Position numbers and translations under genes: made by a program. A DNA stretch of 62,124 nucleotides from positions 1 through 62,124 of IMG/VR virus record IMGVR_UViG_2710723518_000006; one strand, written 5' to 3'. The notes below the pieces were generated by a model, which ran no database searches, had not been told where the DNA came from, and saw nothing but the letters and a program-made list of their open reading frames with translations. Origin of the DNA: a virus. Positions within the stretch are counted from its first letter, which is position 1. Every line of letters begins with the position of its first letter. Positions 16,877 through 26,282 of this stretch are shown in pieces.

Positions 16877-17319
16877 GGGGAGACCTCCATGACGCACAGC
16901 GTTTGCGAGCCGCTGTCCGCGATCGCGTAGATGGCTTGCCCCGGCGACAGGTCGATCTCGACCGACTCCGAAGCGTCCAGGGGGAAACTGTTCGCATCCG
17001 TCGCGGGCGTAACGCTGCTTATCCAGATCGTCGCCGTGTTGTCCGGATGGGCCTTCAGGCTGATCGTGCGCCGGCCGGCCAGCCCGCTTGCCACGATCTG
17101 TCCGCTGGTCCCCGTGACGGTCTCTTGCGAAGTCGCAAACGTGGCCAGTGCCGTCACGTCGGCCGGCATCGGATTCGTGGCCGATACCGGCCCGTCGTCC
17201 GCGTCCATCGCGCCGAGGACCAACTTGAAGCCCGGAACGTGGACGCCCGATACGTCATCGGTCCATACCACGATGGTCCCCGCTCCGCTGTCCGGCTTGA
17301 TCCGCGTGTTATCAGCCAT
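16873..17319 (-). CDS. Hypothetical virion-module protein
   Basis: It overlaps the portal gene stop. Confidence 0.5.
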   Translation of the reverse strand: MADNTRIKPDSGAGTIVVWTDDVSGVHVPGFKLVLGAMDADDGPVSATNPMPADVTALATFATSQETVTGTSGQIVASGLAGRRTISLKAHPDNTATIWISSVTPATDANSFPLDASESVEIDLSPGQAIYAIADSGSQTLCVMEVSP

Positions 17320-20300
17320 CGCTGCCTTCTTCCACGATCTCGGCAGACTGAATCTCGCCCATCGTGCCGCGGTTCAGCTTGACCGTCTTCGTCTTCGGCT
17401 TCGCGGCCGGCGCGGCCTCGACCGTGACGGTTGGGTTGATCGTCACGTTAGCCGGCGGGGGCGGGTCTACCTGGACGTTCACGACGGCTGGGGGCGGCGG
17501 GTCGATATGGACGTCGATCTTTGCAGGAGGCGGAGCTTCTACAGTCACGTTTGCCGGCGGCGGCGAATCAATATGCACGTCCACGTTCGGAGCGGGAGCG
17601 GCCTGGACGTTGATCGTCGGCTGGACATTGACGACGATCGGCTCGACTTTCTTCGCTTCTTCCGTGACTGTTTCCGCTCCCAGCGACAACCGGACGCCGC
17701 CCCGCTTCTCAGGAAACATCATCTTTGCCAGTTCCGGCGGTGGCGGCGACATGCGGTACGGATTCTCCGGCGGCTGTCCCGTCCGGATCCATACCTGGGC
17801 CTCCAGGACGCCGCGTGCGGCTGCATCGGAGATAGAAAGAGGCGTCTTTCCTGTTCTGCACGAAAAATGACGAGGGGGCGACATCTGCCGGTACAGCGGA
17901 TCGTCGCGCCGATATATGTTCGATCCGCCGATGCCGGCCGTTGCAAACCATTCACAGATCGGCGTTCGCCGGCCGTCATGGATCGACGAATCGGAAACGT
18001 AGGGGAACTCGTCCGACACCATCGGGTTGTCGAGGATATCATCCAATCCGCGGGCGTAGGCGGTCTGGACGTTCGTGCGGAAGACGGTCTCGACTCGTGC
18101 CGGGTGCAACGGGGTCGCGCCGCCGAATACGTCCCGGTCGAGCTTCTCGCGGAAATCTTCCAGCGTATCGCCTTGCGTGATCGCTTCCAGGACCGCGTTG
18201 CGGATCGCCCCGATGGATTCCACGTTGTCCACGTCCGATACCGTGAACGCGAACCGGCGAGCTTCCGCCGACAAGGAATCGAACTGGTCCCGCGTGACAA
18301 GCGTGCGGTCCGCGATATCCTGCGCGGCCTTGTCGATCAGCGGCAAGCGGATTCGTGGCTCGCCCTCGGGGAAGAGCGATCCCATCGCGTCGACGGGCGG
18401 CGCCCCACCGATTCCGGCCGGTGGACGGGCGATTCGCTCCAGGAGTGCCGGCGGGAGCGTTTGGTGGATATCGTCCGCGCCGAATACCCAAGCGGCCAAC
18501 GTGGCGTCGGACAAGTTCCCGGCTGCGATCGGCAGGTACTCGTCCATGACGGCTCGCACTTCCGCCATGATGGTGTCGACGTCCCGCGTCGGCAGCAGCG
18601 GACCGACCCGGTTAAGGATTTGCTCCCGCACGTTCGCGATGGCCTCGACCGAATGGCCGACGGACTGCTCGATGATTGCGTCGACGATCGGGAGTTTCGC
18701 TTGCGACCGGTCCGGCAAGTCGGCAATGGCCATCTGGATGGAATCATTCTTCGCTGGCCGGCCGCGTTTCGGACGCTGGACGAATCGGTAATCCCCGGCG
18801 TCCCGGACACGCTTGGGCAATTGCTCTACGTGATCGCAGCGGCGGACGGAACCGGTCGGGGTGATGTATTCCAGGGCCATGCGGACGGAATCGGGCGTTG
18901 GTTCCACGGGGGCCATTGGTTCCGCTGGCGGTATCGGTGGTTGCGTAGGCTTGTCGGTGGTTGTCGGTGGTACGACAGGGGATGTCGGTATCGCCATCCG
19001 CGTCGTCTTCGTTCGCCGCTTCGGCATCATGACATAGCTCGTATACTCCTTCCCGTTCTTCGCCCGCACTGTCACTGCCCGCATGCGGCCGTTGCCGAGT
19101 GACATTCGCTGTTGCGATTGCCCGCCGCCGAACAACCCCGCCAGCGGATTGCCGCCCGGACTACTGCCGTTCGTCCCGCCCCCCGGCCCGCCGGGACTGC
19201 CGCCTGCCATCCCCTGTCCTTGTCCGGGGTCTTCCGGTAACAACGACGCCGAATTGATTGCGTACTCCGGGATCTCGCCAAAGTTCAACTCGATCAACGG
19301 ATCGGCGATCATCTTCCGGAAGTCGCGCAGGATTTCCAGCAGCACGATCTCCAGCCCGGAGTAGAACGCGGCCGCCGGCACGCCGCGACCGAATGTCCCG
19401 GTTCCCTGCGATTGCACCACTTCAGGTGGGATGCCAAGCCCCTTGATGATGTCAATGTCGAGGTCTTTCGGATACTCGCGCAGTTCCTGCCCACTGCCGT
19501 TGATGGTCGGCTCCTTCAAGTCCCATGTCGGCTTGCCGGAATCGTCCAGGTCGTTCGGCAGCGTCAGGACGCCGCCCGTCTTCCACAGTTCCAAGATTTG
19601 CCTCGCCACGTCCTGGTAGTCGACGAACGAGCCATCCGGCATCGTGCGACCGCCAGGCGGATGGCGCAGGATACCGCCCCAAAATGCGTTTTTGTGGAAC
19701 CACAGTTTGCGGATATCGACCGCGCCGCCCCGGCTCCACTTCTCGTACCACGGGTCGTAAGCGGATCGCAGCCGCGAGCGGCCGAACCAACTGCTGTAGC
19801 GGGCATCATGCCGGTTCCACCATGCTTTCGGCGTCATGATGTCGACCGCCCCGCTCGTGTTGCCCGTCACGCGGATTCCGGCAAAGTCGCCATCCTGCGT
19901 CAATGGCTTGGCGTCCAACGGATGGAAGTCGGCCACCATGTCAAACTCGACATGCGGCCCGGACCTGCGGTACAGGATCTCGCCAGCCGATACGCCGTAC
20001 TCGATCGACCGCAGCACTTTCGCGAGCGACGTTTCCCAGAAGCGTTTCAGTTGATCCGTGACGAACTTCGCGACCCGCTGATCCTTGCTCTCGACCTTGA
20101 TTTTGTCGATTGCGTTGAACATCGGTCCCTTGATGATCGCCAGCCCGAGCGATACTTGCGGATCGTACAGCATCTTCTCAAGCCAGTAGATGCTGAACAT
20201 CGGCTTGTCGGCCTGGAACATCAGCACGGACGGGAGCCACGTCGGCTTGTAGGCGGTCGTCTGCCGTTCGATGAGCTGTTGCTTCTTCTGCTCTGAATTG

Positions 20301-20335
20301 TGCGAGCGTTTGCTACGCGGGCGTGGCATGGCCAT
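17312..20335 (-). CDS. Portal protein fused to a Mu F-like head-morphogenesis domain and a proline-repeat C-terminal tail
   Basis: The N-terminal ~450 aa are portal-like. The central part ...FRTNVQTAYARGLDDILDNPMVSDEFPYVSDSSIHDGRRTPICEW... is Mu F / SPP1 gp7-like. The tail has repeats of PPPA-x-V-x-V. Confidence 0.75.
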   Translation of the reverse strand: MAMPRPRSKRSHNSEQKKQQLIERQTTAYKPTWLPSVLMFQADKPMFSIYWLEKMLYDPQVSLGLAIIKGPMFNAIDKIKVESKDQRVAKFVTDQLKRFWETSLAKVLRSIEYGVSAGEILYRRSGPHVEFDMVADFHPLDAKPLTQDGDFAGIRVTGNTSGAVDIMTPKAWWNRHDARYSSWFGRSRLRSAYDPWYEKWSRGGAVDIRKLWFHKNAFWGGILRHPPGGRTMPDGSFVDYQDVARQILELWKTGGVLTLPNDLDDSGKPTWDLKEPTINGSGQELREYPKDLDIDIIKGLGIPPEVVQSQGTGTFGRGVPAAAFYSGLEIVLLEILRDFRKMIADPLIELNFGEIPEYAINSASLLPEDPGQGQGMAGGSPGGPGGGTNGSSPGGNPLAGLFGGGQSQQRMSLGNGRMRAVTVRAKNGKEYTSYVMMPKRRTKTTRMAIPTSPVVPPTTTDKPTQPPIPPAEPMAPVEPTPDSVRMALEYITPTGSVRRCDHVEQLPKRVRDAGDYRFVQRPKRGRPAKNDSIQMAIADLPDRSQAKLPIVDAIIEQSVGHSVEAIANVREQILNRVGPLLPTRDVDTIMAEVRAVMDEYLPIAAGNLSDATLAAWVFGADDIHQTLPPALLERIARPPAGIGGAPPVDAMGSLFPEGEPRIRLPLIDKAAQDIADRTLVTRDQFDSLSAEARRFAFTVSDVDNVESIGAIRNAVLEAITQGDTLEDFREKLDRDVFGGATPLHPARVETVFRTNVQTAYARGLDDILDNPMVSDEFPYVSDSSIHDGRRTPICEWFATAGIGGSNIYRRDDPLYRQMSPPRHFSCRTGKTPLSISDAAARGVLEAQVWIRTGQPPENPYRMSPPPPELAKMMFPEKRGGVRLSLGAETVTEEAKKVEPIVVNVQPTINVQAAPAPNVDVHIDSPPPANVTVEAPPPAKIDVHIDPPPPAVVNVQVDPPPPANVTINPTVTVEAAPAAKPKTKTVKLNRGTMGEIQSAEIVEEGSDG

Positions 20336-20864
20336 GTTCCCTGATTAGCTGTTCGTGCTTCTTCCGGATCGCTTCCGTCGCCATCTGCTGCGCCCGTTCC
20401 TCGTCATACGCCAACCGACCCAAGCGGTACGCTTTGCCCGCATCGTCCGGAACATCGCCCTCAAAGATGATCTGCCTAGCTTTCTGACGTTCCAGGTTTG
20501 CCAATAGTCCAATCTTCTGCTCCGTCGTCAGGCCGAACGGATCAATCTTGTACCACCATGCTATTTCGGCGTCGTGGTCATGTTTTTTTTTTAACTCCAG
20601 GTAGCGGTCACGAACCGCGTCCCGAAGCTGGCTCGCCATCCAGGGCGTACAGTTCACTATCCCGATCTCTTGGTAAGCGGAAGCCAGGTCCGCAAAGAAC
20701 GCCGCCGTAATCCAGTCCATGTTCTCATCGGTCGCACCGTGCTTCAGCTCGACCCGTTCGCACGCGATTTCGGCAATCAGCACGTCGACAGAGAACGTCG
20801 TTCCGGCCATCGGTCCATCGGTCAAAGAAATCTCGATTGCTCCGCTCGAAAGCGACAATGCCAT
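20313..20864 (-). CDS. Hypothetical protein
   Basis: The ATG at 20864 overlaps the upstream TAA. Confidence 0.5.
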   Translation of the reverse strand: MALSLSSGAIEISLTDGPMAGTTFSVDVLIAEIACERVELKHGATDENMDWITAAFFADLASAYQEIGIVNCTPWMASQLRDAVRDRYLELKKKHDHDAEIAWWYKIDPFGLTTEQKIGLLANLERQKARQIIFEGDVPDDAGKAYRLGRLAYDEERAQQMATEAIRKKHEQLIREHGHATPA

Positions 20865-22600
20865 TATTCGCCGTCCTCTTCTAGCTTGCCTTTGTTCGCT
20901 GCCGGGTCGTAGGGGAACTCGATCAACTGGTCGGGTGGCTTGTCGATGACGTAACCGATCGTCCACTTTGCTGCATAGATTGCGCAGCCTTTGTTTTCGA
21001 TGATCTTTTGCGATACGTCTTGCGTCGTCTCCGTCACTTCCCGACCGGCGATTTTCTTGATCCGCGGCAACGGGATCTTGTGGCCAACCCGAACCGCATG
21101 GCCTGTGATGAACACCTCGTATTTCGGTCCGCCCGTTTGCTGAACATACATGCTTGGTTGAGTACCATCAAAGAACAACCCCGCCTCCTGTCCAGGGTCG
21201 AAACCGTCAGGTACGTTCTCTGATGTCTTTGGAAGGTCATCTTGCTCAAGGACGCGATGGACGATCGTTCCGTTATCCGACTTGATGTTCAGCTCCAGGC
21301 TGTATTCCATCCAGCTTGATTCGGGTTCCGGGCATTTGTTGAGCGGAAACGCTACCAGGAAGTCAGACGGCTCCGTTTTGGTAGAAAACATCTCGATTGG
21401 TGGGATATCCTGATTGCCGCACAGGTCGATGATGATAACGTCCGACTCGTCATGAAACAGGTTGGCGAATCCTCTTGCGCCGAACACGTCTGACATGGTA
21501 GCTTGCCATTCGCTGAACGAGCCGGGCGGCCGCCGCCACAAGCCGGACTTGACAAAAATTTCCTCCAGCTTTGCCCCGTAGATCGTGTAGCCGACCGAAA
21601 AGCGTGTCACGAACGAGTAAATATCTTCGGAAATCGACACCGAAGTAATCAGGTATTGCGACTTCTTTGGCTTCTCGCCGTCATCTTCGTTTTGCGTTTG
21701 CGTCAAGGCGTTCTCGCCAACGCGGCGAATGCGATCGCCAAGCACGGATTGGATTGCCGTCCAGGCGATCGACTTGGGAAGATTGAACGGCGTCTTGACT
21801 GTTCCCGATAGCGTGCAATTCCAGTTCTGGAATGCCGCCCCTCGCGTACTCGATGAAATCGTGTGCGTCGCCTGCATGTCGACCACGTTCGTAGGGAATC
21901 CGAACGGGCTGGGAATCTCCGTATCGGTGATCGTCCACGTCAACTTGCGATAGTCGGCGGAAAGCGAATACGTCTGCGAACGCCTGAACCCAGGCAATGA
22001 CGAAATCAATATCCGTTCTCGATAACTGTCCGCCGACTCAAAGATACCATCGCCGTTTCGGCTTCCCGCAATCTCCAGATAGCCGTTGATGGTACGGGTC
22101 GTCATTCCTTCCGTGTCGAGCGCCCACGTCACGCCGTACCCAAATGCGGCCAGTCCTTCGTCCGCACTGTTGAGGCAACGGGCAAGATGCACCACGATTT
22201 GCCAGACGATTCGACAGGCGCGGTTGTTGCCGATCGGCTGGTACTCCAGCATTTGCGGCAACGGCCCATATACTACGTCAAACGCATCGGAGCCGGTGTT
22301 GATCGTGAAATCGCGAAAACCTTTGTCCACGTAGTAAAGCGGCTTTCCAGGATCGAGCAATCGCGAATAGGCGTTGTTGAGCAGCACGCCAGTCCCACGC
22401 GAATCGCTCTCCGCTTCCGCGTCCGTCACGGCCAATACGTCCTCGACCGTCAACGAGTACCGGACGTACTTGACCTCCGTGGTGTTGTCGTTGTAGACCG
22501 GGACGGCCGACACGTTGCGCACGAGCATGGTTGACCCGAACGTGTAGCCGTTATAGGTCAGTTCGCCAGTCGCAGCAGGTAGTCCAACGTCAGCGGCCAC
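20864..22600 (-). CDS. Large virion protein (tail tip/distal tail candidate)
   Basis: 578-aa ORF with a GTG start overlapping the upstream stop. It shares a ~50-aa segment with the ORF at 23377-23607. Confidence 0.55.
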   Translation of the reverse strand: MAADVGLPAATGELTYNGYTFGSTMLVRNVSAVPVYNDNTTEVKYVRYSLTVEDVLAVTDAEAESDSRGTGVLLNNAYSRLLDPGKPLYYVDKGFRDFTINTGSDAFDVVYGPLPQMLEYQPIGNNRACRIVWQIVVHLARCLNSADEGLAAFGYGVTWALDTEGMTTRTINGYLEIAGSRNGDGIFESADSYRERILISSLPGFRRSQTYSLSADYRKLTWTITDTEIPSPFGFPTNVVDMQATHTISSSTRGAAFQNWNCTLSGTVKTPFNLPKSIAWTAIQSVLGDRIRRVGENALTQTQNEDDGEKPKKSQYLITSVSISEDIYSFVTRFSVGYTIYGAKLEEIFVKSGLWRRPPGSFSEWQATMSDVFGARGFANLFHDESDVIIIDLCGNQDIPPIEMFSTKTEPSDFLVAFPLNKCPEPESSWMEYSLELNIKSDNGTIVHRVLEQDDLPKTSENVPDGFDPGQEAGLFFDGTQPSMYVQQTGGPKYEVFITGHAVRVGHKIPLPRIKKIAGREVTETTQDVSQKIIENKGCAIYAAKWTIGYVIDKPPDQLIEFPYDPAANKGKLEEDGE

Positions 22601-23373
22601 TAACGAATCCCCAGGAATGCGTCGATCTGTTTGCCAAGTCCCTCTTGGTCAATGTCTTGGTCTTGATCGCCGAGCCATTTACGGATTGCATCCGCGAGGC
22701 CAGAAAACTCTTTGATAATCAGCCCAATTCCTGGAAGAGCCTCCAATTCTTTGATGCGGTCGTTCATCCATGAAGAAACGAACTCGAAAAAATCCCGCAA
22801 GTTTGCTGTTCCCGTTTCTACTGCGTCAGCCATTTTTGCGATCAACCGCAAACCATCGTTGATTGTTGCAAGAACTGGCTCCATGATCGTCGCCATCGAA
22901 GTCGAAATAGATTCAGCAATCCGTGATGTTTGGCGAAGAAAATCCGCTTGTTCGTCGCCAATAATTCCAGCCCTCTTGATCCCCCCCCGGATGGCCCGCA
23001 CGTCCGCTTCCGCTTTGGCTGCCTGGACTTCTCCGGAGAAGTCTTCGACGCCGCGAGTCGCGACCTTGAATGCGGCATATAGGCTGCCAAGAGCAACGGT
23101 AGCTACGCCTGCCGCCGTCCCCATCGCGAGCATCGCTCCCCCGGCCTTGCCGATCGTCGAAGTGATCGCCGCGAACTTATCGCCTGTTTCGGCAACCGCG
23201 CCGGATTGCTCGGCTCCCATCACTGACGATGCCGCCGCTCGCAACGCTGGCGATATCCCTTTCGACAATGACGCACCAGCACCACCAGTAGCGACGGCAG
23301 AAGGTTTCGGCGACGGTCCCCCGCCCCCGCCGCCTTCCGTCACTTCAATCCTGATCGTTGCTGCGTCAGCCAT
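22600..23373 (-). CDS. Ala/Gly-rich protein with hydrophobic segment (short tape-measure-like or internal virion protein)
   Basis: GGAMLAMGTAAGVATVALGSLYAAF plus helical repeats. The position after the tube-like gene fits the call. Confidence 0.45.
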   Translation of the reverse strand: MADAATIRIEVTEGGGGGGPSPKPSAVATGGAGASLSKGISPALRAAASSVMGAEQSGAVAETGDKFAAITSTIGKAGGAMLAMGTAAGVATVALGSLYAAFKVATRGVEDFSGEVQAAKAEADVRAIRGGIKRAGIIGDEQADFLRQTSRIAESISTSMATIMEPVLATINDGLRLIAKMADAVETGTANLRDFFEFVSSWMNDRIKELEALPGIGLIIKEFSGLADAIRKWLGDQDQDIDQEGLGKQIDAFLGIR

Positions 23374-23376
23374 GCG

Positions 23377-23607
23377 TTACCTACGTGGGATTTCCATGTC
23401 CGTGATCGAAAACTTTAATGTCTTCATGTCTTTCGACATTGCATAGGTTTGTTCGCGTCTGTTGAATCCGTATGGCAGAATCGGCACAACATGATTCCGG
23501 TAGGCGTCGGCAATTCCTTCGAAGGATATCGCCAAAACACCTGATATGGTACGCTGTGCTAGCCCTGCGTCATTCAGAGACCAAACTTCATGGCTGTCAA
23601 TCGTCAT
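23377..23607 (-). CDS. Small protein, partial paralog of 20864-22600
   Basis: PYGFNRREQTYAMSKDMKTLKFSITDMEIP compares with LPGFRRSQTYSLSADYRKLTWTITDTEIP. Confidence 0.45.
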   Translation of the reverse strand: MTIDSHEVWSLNDAGLAQRTISGVLAISFEGIADAYRNHVVPILPYGFNRREQTYAMSKDMKTLKFSITDMEIPRR

Positions 23608-23618
23608 GCGTCACCGCC

Positions 23619-24083
23619 TTACGTCGTCGTGAACCAATTGCCGCTACCGTCCGGCAGAATCTGAAACATGATCGGCACGATCCGCAATCGGGGAGCGAAC
23701 AGCAATTCCGTTTGCTGACCAGGGGCAAGGATCGCTCGCGCGAACGTGACGGTAGCCGGCGTCGATGCCGCCGGCGTCCCGGCCACGGCCGTCATGACGA
23801 TCTGCTTGGCGAGTGCCGTTTGCAGACGGCCGATGACTCCCAACGTCCCGAACGTCCCGTAAGGCCACATGGCCGTCTGGATCGCGGCCGCGTTGTACTC
23901 CAGCAGGTCCATTTGCAGGAAGCACGAGCCGCCACGGTAGACGCCATCCTGGACCGTGTCGCCATAGTTGTCGCCCGTGATTTCCTCGACGGCGGGCGAA
24001 ACGCGGAGCCGGTAGCCGTCCCGTGCCTGTCCAAGTGCCAGCGCGTTGTACGTGACCGTGTAGGCACCAGCGATGAACGACAT
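23619..24083 (-). CDS. Putative tail tube-type structural protein; C-terminus ...NWFTTT
   Basis: 154 aa. The call rests on position and general resemblance to tail-tube proteins only. Confidence 0.4.
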   Translation of the reverse strand: MSFIAGAYTVTYNALALGQARDGYRLRVSPAVEEITGDNYGDTVQDGVYRGGSCFLQMDLLEYNAAAIQTAMWPYGTFGTLGVIGRLQTALAKQIVMTAVAGTPAASTPATVTFARAILAPGQQTELLFAPRLRIVPIMFQILPDGSGNWFTTT

Positions 24084-24098
24084 TTTCCGATCTCCTCA

Positions 24099-24626
24099 TT
24101 ACGTTGCCGGCAAAGTCTGATACCTGATCGCACCGCCGAACCGGATCGTGCGCAGCAGTCCCGCGAACGATTCTGATTGAGCGTAAAAGTAATCGCCCGT
24201 CACGACTTGCGGAGCGCTGCATCCCTGGAACCGCAGCGGATGATGGAAGCCCGTCGCGGACGGCAACAGCAGATCGTTGGCCGCGTCCATGACGGCGTAG
24301 TTCATGTGGATCGCCAGCATGATGGCCCGGCATCGCACGTTCACCGACGCCTTTGCGTCCAGCAGCAGGTTCCGGCTCCGATCGCGGGGAACCTTTGGGG
24401 CACGCAGATAGACGTTCACCTGGACGCCGTGCCGCTCATCAAGGAAGTGTTCCGTCTGGCCGTCGTTCGACCACTCGCCCGGCCAGACTGCGATGTAGGT
24501 TTCGCCGGCGATCGCCAGCGGCCGGCCGTCAAACTCAACATCGCATTCGCTCGGCTTGTACTTCAGGCTCGTGCGAATCTCGTTGCGGACGGCCAGCAAG
24601 AGGGATTCTTCGCTCACAGTATCCAC
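24099..24626 (-). CDS. Neck/tail-completion candidate
   Basis: 175-aa ORF (GTG start) between head-completion genes and the tube-like gene. Confidence 0.4.
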   Translation of the reverse strand: MDTVSEESLLLAVRNEIRTSLKYKPSECDVEFDGRPLAIAGETYIAVWPGEWSNDGQTEHFLDERHGVQVNVYLRAPKVPRDRSRNLLLDAKASVNVRCRAIMLAIHMNYAVMDAANDLLLPSATGFHHPLRFQGCSAPQVVTGDYFYAQSESFAGLLRTIRFGGAIRYQTLPAT

Positions 24627-24838
24627 TCCACGTCGGGAATAGAATCAAGATATCCCCGTCGTTCTGTGCGACTACCATTGGCATCTTCTACGGTAATTTC
24701 ACGATCGCAAAATACGTTTCCGTCAGATTCCAGTGCTTTCCTTATGTCTTCCGTCGCAATGGCATATTTCAACGGCAAACCGCATATTGCCATGCTTTCT
24801 TCGTTTGCTTTTTTGATAAAATCAATCATGTTGCTCAT
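24614..24838 (-). CDS. AT-rich 74-aa ORF of unknown function (moron-like insertion)
   Basis: ATGA overlap at 24835-24838: MSNMIDFIKKANEESMAICGLPLKYAIATEDIRK... Local GC content is clearly below that of the flanks. Confidence 0.45.
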   Translation of the reverse strand: MSNMIDFIKKANEESMAICGLPLKYAIATEDIRKALESDGNVFCDREITVEDANGSRTERRGYLDSIPDVEWIL

Positions 24839-25680
24839 TCGGAGAACCCCCCACGCTGCATCACGAGAGCGAACGCACGAGCCACGCCGCGCGAGGCCGC
24901 GCCGGCGATATCGTCCCACGCGGCTTGCGGCCACTTCGACGGTTCCGGCCACAGGCGGCGTTTGCCATCATGGTGGAACGCCGCGTACTTGACGTTCGTG
25001 CCGACGATGACGCTATTCTGGCCAACCGCGAACTCTTGTTCGTCAACAGATTCTCGCTGAAATACGTCCATCGTCGCCAAATCTTCGTCGTCATCAATTC
25101 CAGGCGACAGCGAATTTAACAGCCGGCCGGTGTCGCGAAGGATTTTCAACTTGCGTTGGCCCAGTGTGCCAAGCAGCGTCTTGGCTCCCTGCTCTTTCAG
25201 GACGTTCCACGCGCGGCCAGCCGCAACGCCTTTTGCAGCCTTTACCGTGTCCCCCTTAGCGATTCTCCAGCCAAGCGTGTCGTGGTAGATTTTCCACCAT
25301 CGCTCTCGCTGACCTTCGTCTAAAGTTGGGAGCCTATCAATGTTTGTTCCTGGTTTTCGCTTTACTTTACGTCCTTGATCCATGACGTTGGTCGGCAATC
25401 CAAGAGCCTTGACTTCATCTTCGGTAGTCCGACGCCCATACGCCTTGTACTCCGGTGTCAGGTCCGGCCACGACTCCCCGGCTGGATCTGTCCCGCCGTC
25501 GGCCTTGATTTCGTACCACTGCTTGACCTTCGACAGTGCCGCCATGCCGATCCGCAACAGGAACCCCTCGCGAATCTGCCCTTCGTCCGCCGTCTGGCCG
25601 GTCAAGATATCGCGCAGCCGGTCGATGTGCTGAGCGACATCGGCACGCGAACCACGGAAGATAACGCGATGATCGGCCAC
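24835..25680 (-). CDS. Virion morphogenesis protein, Mu G-like
   Basis: ...ILRDTGRLLNSLSPG...VIVGTNVKYAAFHHDG matches the tGrL...vGtnv.YaaxHqxG pattern of the Mu G family. Confidence 0.6.
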   Translation of the reverse strand: MADHRVIFRGSRADVAQHIDRLRDILTGQTADEGQIREGFLLRIGMAALSKVKQWYEIKADGGTDPAGESWPDLTPEYKAYGRRTTEDEVKALGLPTNVMDQGRKVKRKPGTNIDRLPTLDEGQRERWWKIYHDTLGWRIAKGDTVKAAKGVAAGRAWNVLKEQGAKTLLGTLGQRKLKILRDTGRLLNSLSPGIDDDEDLATMDVFQRESVDEQEFAVGQNSVIVGTNVKYAAFHHDGKRRLWPEPSKWPQAAWDDIAGAASRGVARAFALVMQRGGFSE

Positions 25681-25689
25681 GCGGTTCCT

Positions 25690-26202
25690 TTACTTCGGCA
25701 AATCCAACCCAAGCTCCGTCACGTCCGTATTCTGACCCAACGTGCTTTCGCCGCCGGTCGAAATGGTCTTCTGTACCCGGACCTTCGCATTCTGAAATCT
25801 TCCGTCGATTCGCACGTTCGACAATGCTGGCAACTGATTCGACCGCTCCGGCGAGTTCGGCAGCGTCAGGTCGCCGTCCTTGATCTTCTTCAGTTCCTCC
25901 AGGAACTCCTTGCATTGCTCGTTCAACGATTCCGGGCACGGGTTGCCGCGCCGCTTACAGAACTGGCACGATGCGAAGTGAGCCGTCACGTCGTTGATGA
26001 ACGTCGACGTAGCCAGGTCCGCGACCGTGTACCGCTGGGAGACGTAGAGGTTGACCCGATCGGTTGCCCATTGGATGACGAGCGTGATGAGTGCCGTCTC
26101 GCCCGCGAGGTCTTCGCTGTCGTCCGTGCGGTCGACCAGCCCTTCTGCGCTCAGGATCGCCTCAACGTCGGCTTGCGTGCAATAAACGGTAGAAACAGCC
26201 AT
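25690..26202 (-). CDS. Head-tail connector-type protein, Mu gp36/DUF1320-like
   Basis: The N-terminus YCTQADVEAILSAEGLVDRTDDSED...VIQWATDRVNLYVSQRY is typical of DUF1320. Confidence 0.55.
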   Translation of the reverse strand: MAVSTVYCTQADVEAILSAEGLVDRTDDSEDLAGETALITLVIQWATDRVNLYVSQRYTVADLATSTFINDVTAHFASCQFCKRRGNPCPESLNEQCKEFLEELKKIKDGDLTLPNSPERSNQLPALSNVRIDGRFQNAKVRVQKTISTGGESTLGQNTDVTELGLDLPK

Positions 26203-26241
26203 GACGTAAATTCTCCGCAGAATTATTCAAACTGATCGCAT

Positions 26242-26268
26242 GCGCCGGAATAAAACGTTTTCCGGCGC
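26242..26268 (-). promoter_or_regulatory. 9-bp stem hairpin (GCGCCGGAA / TTCCGGCGC) with two further direct copies of the arm at 26271 and 26286
   Basis: Read directly in the gap between the glycosyltransferase and the connector gene. No U-tract follows. Confidence 0.35.
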
Positions 26269-26282
26269 GATTCCGGCGCGAT

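Noticed and set aside
16931-19102. Very long ORFs antisense or out of frame to recognised genes (16931-19102 +, 19412-20296 +, 28612-29883 +, 32819-33838 -, 43899-44960 +, 53316-54194 +, 54588-55361 -, 60112-61017 +, and others)
   Set aside because: These are Arg/Pro/Gly/Ser-rich shadow ORFs typical of GC-rich DNA. Each overlaps a gene with clear family motifs or operon coupling on the other strand or frame.
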